Part shown: positions 57,883 through 64,000 of the stretch, piece by piece
How positions within the stretch are numbered: the stretch's first letter is position 1
Layout: each line of letters begins with the position of its first letter
Sequence record: NC_042136.1
Direction: 5' to 3' (one strand)
DNA length: 64,000 bases
Notes under the pieces: model-generated
Database searches by the model: none
What the model was told of the DNA's origin: nothing
Seen by the model: the letters and a program-made list of their open reading frames with translations, nothing else
Translations under genes and position numbers: made by a program

Positions 57883-58783
57883 AGTGGATACCTCCTTCAA
57901 GGTTAATCTCCTCAGCGACTTTTTCCGCTCGGTAGATCAAAGTAACGTCTTCTACGTTTTCTTCTATCACCTGTTTGATTTGGTCCCAGAAGCGATCATT
58001 AGGAGTTTCACTAATCAAAGAGAAACCAAATAGCTCTTTCACGTAACGTTCAGGAGAATCTGCAATAATAGAAGCGAGTTCCAAATGATAGAAACTTAAC
58101 AGCGTTAAGAATCCCATGCCGACAGTACCATTGTTACGAACGTGCTTCCCGGCCAATGTATCGTTAATAAAAGCAGCATTAGCTCGAATACGTTTCACCA
58201 CAAACTCTGGTACTTCCGCTATACCGTCCGAGACGATCAGACTGATACGTAGTGTCTCCATTAGGTATTCAGAACACTCTAGGATCAAATAGTTTAAATC
58301 TTCAATCACCGGCGTTTCAGGTGTCATATCGTAGAGCTTACGGAACAACTCAATAAAACGATCTTTAGGATCCAGATCACGCATCTCTAAGATTTCACTT
58401 AGACCTTGTAAATCTTCGTAACCATTTAATAAGTAGATGACATCAACAACTTGATATAGAGTGTGGAGTTTGTTAGCTTCCACGTACTCCAAATCCACCG
58501 TAATGCCAAACTTAACTAGCTGTTCAATTATATTGTTCACTAGCAGCTCTAGGATGATAGTCTTTTGTTCTAACGCCGTGGAGTCGTCATCTGCCAAGAT
58601 GTTGGCGATAGTACTTACTAACACATTCTCCTCATCGGTGATGGCTAGCAACGTATAGACACGTTCAATCAGATCTTTGGTCTCAGGAGTCAGCCAAGCG
58701 CTGTAGTTAATCCAAGGAGTACCCAAATCTTTAGTTAAAAGTTCCACATTGGTTAAGTCCAGTGCGGGCAAAAAATTACTCAT
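57866..58783 (-). CDS. Hypothetical helical acidic protein, 305 aa
   Basis: GAGAGG RBS; overlaps the start of the vRNAP gene. Confidence 0.7.
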   Translation of the reverse strand: MSNFLPALDLTNVELLTKDLGTPWINYSAWLTPETKDLIERVYTLLAITDEENVLVSTIANILADDDSTALEQKTIILELLVNNIIEQLVKFGITVDLEYVEANKLHTLYQVVDVIYLLNGYEDLQGLSEILEMRDLDPKDRFIELFRKLYDMTPETPVIEDLNYLILECSEYLMETLRISLIVSDGIAEVPEFVVKRIRANAAFINDTLAGKHVRNNGTVGMGFLTLLSFYHLELASIIADSPERYVKELFGFSLISETPNDRFWDQIKQVIEENVEDVTLIYRAEKVAEEINLEGGIHYDEEA

Positions 58784-58812
58784 AAAAACCTCTCATTCAG
58801 AAGGAACATAAA

Positions 58813-59577
58813 ATGTCAAAAATTAGTAAACACAAACAGAACAAACGTAAAGCTCGCCAACGTCAAGTCCAAGCTCGTAAAGTGAAAGAGCGTCAAATTG
58901 ATCGTGAGCAAGCAAAACTGGAAGAACAAATCCGTAATAACTTCGGCAGTGAACACGCGATGAGTGACGAAATGAAGTCCGACGCTAAAAAGTCTATGTG
59001 GAAAGTGTTCAGTTCATTGCCACCCGAGTTACAAGACCAAGTTTTGAAAGAGTACACGTCAGGTAAAAACAAGGTCGATTCTTTTGACATCGAAGGTGTT
59101 TCTAATCTCCTAGGTGAAACCATCAATCGTTACATGCATCCACATGCATTGGTTGAAGTCCTAGAATGGATGGAAGACGCTATTGAACTAACCGTTCCTG
59201 ATGAACTCCGTCCTCTTATTGAACAACTAGACAAAGAAGTCGTGGCCTTCATCGGCAATGCTTCGCTAGTACTCGGTCGTTTCGAAGTCATTAGTAAAGA
59301 ACCAGATCCAACTAAACGATCTGAGATGTTGTATGAAGATGAGACGATTTCAGATCGTTTGATTCCTGCTCTAACTTCTTACCAACAAACGTACGATGAC
59401 GTCATCACTCCTATTATGGAATTTGCTGAGCAATACGCTGATCTCGTCGATGAGCGTGTTAAAGCTTACGCGGAAGAAAATAATATCGAGTCTATTCAAG
59501 AAGCAACTCGAGCTATCCATCTAAAACGTGTTGAAAAATACTTTGATCGTGAGGCGATTAAGAATGCAACCATCTAA
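58813..59577 (+). CDS. Hypothetical helical protein with basic N-terminus, 254 aa
   Basis: AAGGA RBS. Confidence 0.7.
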   Translation: MSKISKHKQNKRKARQRQVQARKVKERQIDREQAKLEEQIRNNFGSEHAMSDEMKSDAKKSMWKVFSSLPPELQDQVLKEYTSGKNKVDSFDIEGVSNLLGETINRYMHPHALVEVLEWMEDAIELTVPDELRPLIEQLDKEVVAFIGNASLVLGRFEVISKEPDPTKRSEMLYEDETISDRLIPALTSYQQTYDDVITPIMEFAEQYADLVDERVKAYAEENNIESIQEATRAIHLKRVEKYFDREAIKNATI

Positions 59578-61183
59578 CGAAAATCAACCACCTAAAATCC
59601 GAGATAAACACACCTCGGAAAATACCACCATGAAAAACTCGGTGAGTCCTAAACTCCCAACCAAATATGAGTTGGCGAAAGGAGAATCCGACCCAGTACT
59701 TAACTTCATGTTGGGAACTACCAAAGCTGAGTTCGAACCAATGATGCGTTTGGTGTTGAGCTGGTCTCGTTATAAAGCTGCGGTCCACGAAGGGGAAGCG
59801 CCTAAAGCGGAGATAGCTCGACTACGTGGTAATTACGAACAACTTCGTGACGACATGTTCCCTAACATGCCAGAAGAAGAACTCGAAACCAAAATGGGAC
59901 ACTTCCTATCCTTCCATCGTAATTACGTTGAACTGGCTTATTTCCGTAACACTGATTTACTTAACCGTCCTTGGGAGAACGAATCCGAGTTTGCTGATGG
60001 TAAGTTCGAACACGATGTGGTGAAGCGTTATCCGGGTGCTAAGAATGCGGCAACTTCTATTAGTGAAAGCATGAAGCGTGCATCTCAACGTAAGAGCCGT
60101 ACCCCTAATGGTTATGACGTATTGTTACGTGACTCGTTCATTCAAATTCGTTTAGAACCAAGTGATCTGTTGGAGCTCGGTGCAGTCGCTGACCGTATCA
60201 ATAAAGAAATCCATGGTTACGTGCAAACGATTAACGGTAACTCACTCACATTGATTCGCGCTTCTATCTATCGTGTTTTCTGGGAATACTTGTGTGAGAA
60301 AATCAGTCAACACTCAGTAACTGATGTTGATGAACCTCGTGACCTTGCTCGTTTGATTAAGCTTAGTGATCTCCGCGTACTGTTCACGGAGCTATTAGGT
60401 GAAGTCATGGCGAACGGTATCCCGATGACGGTACATTGTAACCAGTCTGGTTGTGATTGGGTTGATGTTCTTAAAGCAGACCCGTACACGATGTTGTGGC
60501 ATGACAAATCGATGCTAACGAGTGAACAAGCCGCAGCACTAGGTAACTTGAAGAACTTCGCCGAGCGTTATTCTTCAGAAGAAGTCTTGGCGTTACAATC
60601 TCAGTACCAGTTCGTCGAAGAAACACACATCATGTTCTCAGACGATACACAACGTATTGACTTTGAACAACCAACGATCAGTGAATACTTCCTAGCGTTT
60701 GACGTGTTCATGGAATACATCGGTCCTTCTATTCGTGAAATCCGTAGTGAGACTTTAGATGACAAAGACTTCGAATCTAAGTTATCTAACTTAGTTGATA
60801 CAGTCCGTGGTTTGGAATATCTACACTGGTGCTCTAAGCTTACGGTTTATCCTGATGAAGGCAGTGATGAAGAACCTCAAGTGTTCTTACGTTCAGATAA
60901 CCCTATCGAGTTCTTTAACGGTCTTATCGGTGTTATTGATCCTGACGACGATGTAACATCTAAGGTGATTCGTTGGTGTGTCGCACACGGTCCTGAAATG
61001 AGTTGTAGTGTGGTTGGTATGTCTAATGCGACCTGTCCTAAGTGTGGTAAAGAAACACATGGTGGACACACTGCACACGGCATTACACCGATTGACCCGT
61101 TCATGAGTTTTTTCGTCCTGACCCGCCAAGCGATCGCAGAGCGAGCAGTAACTCGAGCTATTATCGCTCCGAACACCCTTTAG
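59564..61183 (+). CDS. Conserved protein with Zn-ribbon motifs, T4 gp26/tail-assembly-chaperone-like, 539 aa
   Basis: CNQSGC and CPKCG motifs; ends ...IDPFMSFF-VL; start moved to the ATG at 59564 behind GAGG. Confidence 0.55.
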   Translation: MQPSNENQPPKIRDKHTSENTTMKNSVSPKLPTKYELAKGESDPVLNFMLGTTKAEFEPMMRLVLSWSRYKAAVHEGEAPKAEIARLRGNYEQLRDDMFPNMPEEELETKMGHFLSFHRNYVELAYFRNTDLLNRPWENESEFADGKFEHDVVKRYPGAKNAATSISESMKRASQRKSRTPNGYDVLLRDSFIQIRLEPSDLLELGAVADRINKEIHGYVQTINGNSLTLIRASIYRVFWEYLCEKISQHSVTDVDEPRDLARLIKLSDLRVLFTELLGEVMANGIPMTVHCNQSGCDWVDVLKADPYTMLWHDKSMLTSEQAAALGNLKNFAERYSSEEVLALQSQYQFVEETHIMFSDDTQRIDFEQPTISEYFLAFDVFMEYIGPSIREIRSETLDDKDFESKLSNLVDTVRGLEYLHWCSKLTVYPDEGSDEEPQVFLRSDNPIEFFNGLIGVIDPDDDVTSKVIRWCVAHGPEMSCSVVGMSNATCPKCGKETHGGHTAHGITPIDPFMSFFVLTRQAIAERAVTRAIIAPNTL

Positions 61184-61227
61184 ATGGTGGGTTACTAACC
61201 GGTCACCGTTTCCATCAGTTCCGTCAA

Positions 61228-61638
61228 ATGATACAACGTTTGGATCCCGATAACCTAGGAGAAATCCAACATCAAACGATCGCCCTTATGTTGTATCGTG
61301 CCGGTTACGGTCAGATAGAAGCTGGTGTACCGGCTCCGGGGGACGACATTCGTTATGACGAAGAAGGTTACGACTATGATCACCCTTGGGCTATTAAACA
61401 ACGTGCTTACGAATTCGCCTTTTACGAGCTAGAAGAAATCTTCGGAGACTTTAACACTTATCTTAAATTCACACCTAAACAGATAGATCAAATATCCAGA
61501 GGGGTGAGGGAAGGTGCTAAAGCTTTAGCTATGCGTAAAGAAGAAGCAGCTAAGCGCGTCAATAAACCTAAGGAATTAGTTGAAGCTGAACGTCAACTGA
61601 GTGAATACGCTAACTTCGGTCTATCCAGCGGGTCTTAA
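61228..61638 (+). CDS. Small conserved protein, possibly the -1 frameshift extension of the upstream gene
   Basis: No SD before the ATG; frame open back to 61096 and through the slippery T TTT TTC at 61108-61114. Confidence 0.6.
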   Translation: MIQRLDPDNLGEIQHQTIALMLYRAGYGQIEAGVPAPGDDIRYDEEGYDYDHPWAIKQRAYEFAFYELEEIFGDFNTYLKFTPKQIDQISRGVREGAKALAMRKEEAAKRVNKPKELVEAERQLSEYANFGLSSGS

Positions 61639-61718
61639 TAAACGTCGTCTGTCCTAACGGGCAGACGTCTTTTTTCAATTCTATGTTTGTTTCACAAGCC
61701 CTTTAAGAGGATATACAC

Positions 61719-62276
61719 ATGGGTAAGTACACACCACCTAAGTCAACAAAAACATTCGAGCAAGTAGAACCTAAACAAGAAGTTGCGGAACTTCCAGTGG
61801 AACGTGCTGCCGAGTCTGAGAAATTCGAAGTCAAAGATGCATCAGCCGCGGAGATCCTTTCTAACAAGATCAATAACTTTATTGATCTATTGGCGGGACG
61901 TCGTAATGTTCCTAGTGAACAATACGGTAAAGAACAATTGCTGTTCATGGCGGCATTAGACGAAACCATCAAACAAGAATACTCAGTGTTTACTACCGTG
62001 ATGGATAAAATGGTAAACCGTGTTCGTGTGGAGAAAAAAGCGTTCTCTATGGATCGTTTGTTCGTCCACACTCAACATAAAGAAGTGCGTGCGGCTAAGA
62101 CCGATGCTTACATCCAGAAACACATCACTTTGATGTCTGCGGTTGTGACACTTGGTCGTAACCTACGTGATCGTCAACGTGTGGGTCGTCAAGTAGATAT
62201 CGTGACACTGACTAAGGGTTACCACCCTAAAGCAGCACAAAACCTACAAAACTATTTCACTAAAACCTACGGTTAA
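61719..62276 (+). CDS. Conserved hypothetical protein, 185 aa
   Basis: GAGGA RBS; bounded by terminator hairpins. Confidence 0.75.
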   Translation: MGKYTPPKSTKTFEQVEPKQEVAELPVERAAESEKFEVKDASAAEILSNKINNFIDLLAGRRNVPSEQYGKEQLLFMAALDETIKQEYSVFTTVMDKMVNRVRVEKKAFSMDRLFVHTQHKEVRAAKTDAYIQKHITLMSAVVTLGRNLRDRQRVGRQVDIVTLTKGYHPKAAQNLQNYFTKTYG

Positions 62277-62292
62277 TTTACATCCGATCATA

Positions 62293-62327
62293 ATAACTAC
62301 TACTCCCTTTGCGGGAGTAGTAGTTAT
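62293..62327 (+). terminator. Terminator-like palindrome
   Basis: ATAACTACTACTCCC-TTTGC-GGGAGTAGTAGTTAT. Confidence 0.7.
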
Positions 62328-62364
62328 ATCGGTGTTATTTTTAACATACAGTTTATTTCAGATC

Positions 62365-62380
62365 TATATAGTCTAGGTGT
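62365..62380 (+). promoter_or_regulatory. Early promoter motif
   Basis: TATATAGT-cta-GGTGT. Confidence 0.7.
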
Positions 62381-62431
62381 ATAAGCATAAGCATGTACTT
62401 AAACTATCTAACCTTTATTGAGGAAACTATC

Positions 62432-62788
62432 ATGGAAATGACTAAAACAACTAAAGCACGCCTAGCAACAGTAGCAGCAACAGCAGTTAACGCAACAGTA
62501 GCAGCAACTCTATTTGACTCTAAAGCTATCGCGGCTTACCACCTAGTTACTGGTGGTATCCAAACTGCTATGACTGAAGTACCTGACGACTTTGAATACG
62601 GTAACAAAGAAATGGCAATCCACACTGGTAGCATGCTAGCAGGTGGTACACTAGCATCATCTCTACTAAAAGTAGTTGGCATGGCAATCGACAAAGCTAC
62701 ACTACCTGAAGAAGATGAAGCAACTACAGAAGAAGTGAATCAATTGATCACTGAGCTTACTGGTTTAGAAAACCCAGAAGAAGCATAA
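62432..62788 (+). CDS. Early Ala/Thr-rich protein with hydrophobic segments and acidic tail, 118 aa
   Basis: Own promoter, GAGGA RBS, highly expressed codon usage. Confidence 0.75.
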   Translation: MEMTKTTKARLATVAATAVNATVAATLFDSKAIAAYHLVTGGIQTAMTEVPDDFEYGNKEMAIHTGSMLAGGTLASSLLKVVGMAIDKATLPEEDEATTEEVNQLITELTGLENPEEA

Positions 62789-62794
62789 TAAGAA

Positions 62795-62828
62795 TAACTA
62801 CCTACCTCCGAAAGGAGGTAGGTAGTTA
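62795..62828. terminator. Bidirectional terminator
   Basis: TAACTACCTACCTCC-GAAA-GGAGGTAGGTAGTTA between convergent genes. Confidence 0.75.
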
Positions 62829-62848
62829 ACAGTTCTTTATTTTTTTGT

Positions 62849-64000
62849 CTAAGCTGCTTTCGGTAAAGCCTCACCGAATTCTTCTTCAAAGAGTTCTGGG
62901 AAGACTTCTTCCATTTCTTCGAATCCCGGGAAACGATGTAACGTCTGACACAAACTCACCGCATTAGCTTTTGGCGAGGAAGCGTAGTTGACTCCGACTT
63001 CACGGAACTCCAATGGATTCAATCCTTGTATCGCACACGCTTCTATTCTCGTGGTCTTATTCGAAACGTTAAGCGCTACGGTGGCCGTAGGGTATGCACC
63101 CTCCACGTCAACGTCATCGGTTAAACCACGTCCTCTAGAACGTATGTGTGGCATCCCTATGAATATCGCTTTACCGTTATCCGCATTTTTCTCAGTTTCT
63201 AATAAAGCAATCCAATCACCCAATGTCGGTTTATGTTTATCCAATTCATCTTTACCACCACGTCCCTTGGTTCCCCAAATGTAACCATGCTCCGCAGCAA
63301 TGAAAGATAACTCGTTAGAGATACATTTCGGTTGAGATGGATAATCAAAGAACTCCGTAGACTTTAATAGCAATGGTAAGTTCAGTGCAATGTCGTTGGT
63401 TTTCTCATCTTGTTCTTCGATAACCAAGTTATCAGAGATGTTGTACATGCAGTATTCGAACTTAGCATTACGTTGCATCCATCTGTGCCAAGCACCTTTA
63501 CCTTGGGTTAGATGAGACCCTTTATCCGTGTAAAGCTTACCCTCGATGCCGTTGTCTTGTGCAGTGAATTCCAATGAGTAAGATTCTTTCTTACCTTTAG
63601 GAGCATTCTTAATCGCGTAGAAACTAGCACCGTCCAACCACTGCCATTTAGCCGCCGCTCGAACCGTAGGGTATTGCTCTTGCCACTCTAACGGTTGGGA
63701 GTCACCGTTCTCTTTACGTTTGTGAGTACGTCCCTTATCGTATTTGTAGTAATGAAACTCTTTAGGGATACTAGGGTCTGAGTAAACTTCTTCTAGATTA
63801 CGATTACCCATAATCAACGCATGTTCATTACGCTGCATATCGTAGGAAGCGTTCCATGATGAAATGAAATCTGGTTCCCACATATGCCAAACTTTAATGT
63901 TGTTCTCAACACATTCAGTTTGAGTATCCACTAAGTTGTAATGCACCGTAGCGTTACGTCGTCTTAGACGTTCACCGATCAGTTCTTCTTCTGACGCTTT
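62849..64000 (-). CDS. Family B DNA polymerase exonuclease/motif A subunit (phiKZ gp82-like), 5' end outside the window
   Basis: ExoII ISSWNASYDM, ExoIII YNISD and polymerase motif A DVDVEGAYPT; frame open to the window edge. Confidence 0.82.
   Translation of the reverse strand, partial: KASEEELIGERLRRRNATVHYNLVDTQTECVENNIKVWHMWEPDFISSWNASYDMQRNEHALIMGNRNLEEVYSDPSIPKEFHYYKYDKGRTHKRKENGDSQPLEWQEQYPTVRAAAKWQWLDGASFYAIKNAPKGKKESYSLEFTAQDNGIEGKLYTDKGSHLTQGKGAWHRWMQRNAKFEYCMYNISDNLVIEEQDEKTNDIALNLPLLLKSTEFFDYPSQPKCISNELSFIAAEHGYIWGTKGRGGKDELDKHKPTLGDWIALLETEKNADNGKAIFIGMPHIRSRGRGLTDDVDVEGAYPTATVALNVSNKTTRIEACAIQGLNPLEFREVGVNYASSPKANAVSLCQTLHRFPGFEEMEEVFPELFEEEFGEALPKAA

Noticed and set aside
61178-61184. 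RF2-like +1 frameshift at CTT TAG
   Set aside because: The +1 frame stops after about 23 codons and does not reach the downstream ORF; the -1 site at 61108 explains the overlap better
62905-62930. TTCGAATCCC tRNA T-arm-like string
   Set aside because: Lies inside the polymerase CDS with no cloverleaf around it
723-63284. Many short antisense or alternate-frame ORFs in the track (e.g. 51056-51349, 61703-62071, 62988-63284)
   Set aside because: Nested in longer genes with recognisable motifs, no RBS, composition of shadow frames

Overview
A 64-kb segment of a nucleus-forming jumbo phage (phiKZ-like, Chimalliviridae). CTA-rich codon usage in highly expressed genes suggests a Vibrio-type host; this is inference. 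1-15 kb: three paralogous giant Ig-like virion/fibre proteins, the large terminase and two minus-strand probable virion genes. 15-29 kb: an accessory/early region with a diverged paralog family, a degenerate NUMOD4-HNH gene, an iteron-plus-AT-rich non-coding block, three tandem genes built only of AraC DNA-binding domains (7 domains in total), and a ~630-bp non-coding locus with two strongly structured putative RNAs behind an early promoter. 29-64 kb: the conserved core block. It holds the family-B DNA polymerase (motif B/C gene), chimallin ChmA, the non-virion RNAP beta' N-terminal subunit whose NADFDG/D catalytic motif is split by a 386-nt ORF-less group I intron, an SbcD/Mre11 nuclease, an SSB-like protein, nvRNAP gp68-like, PicA-like, nvRNAP beta and beta' C-terminal subunits, an SF2 helicase with a class-3 mini-intein in Walker A, a virion RNAP beta' fragment, a gene pair with a predicted -1 frameshift (G/GT chaperone-like), and the exonuclease/motif A half of the split polymerase running off the window end. 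A recurring early promoter motif (TATATWRY-N3-RGTGT) was found at nine sites. No tRNA, rRNA or CRISPR array was seen. Homology calls come from motif recognition and recalled synteny, not from database searches.
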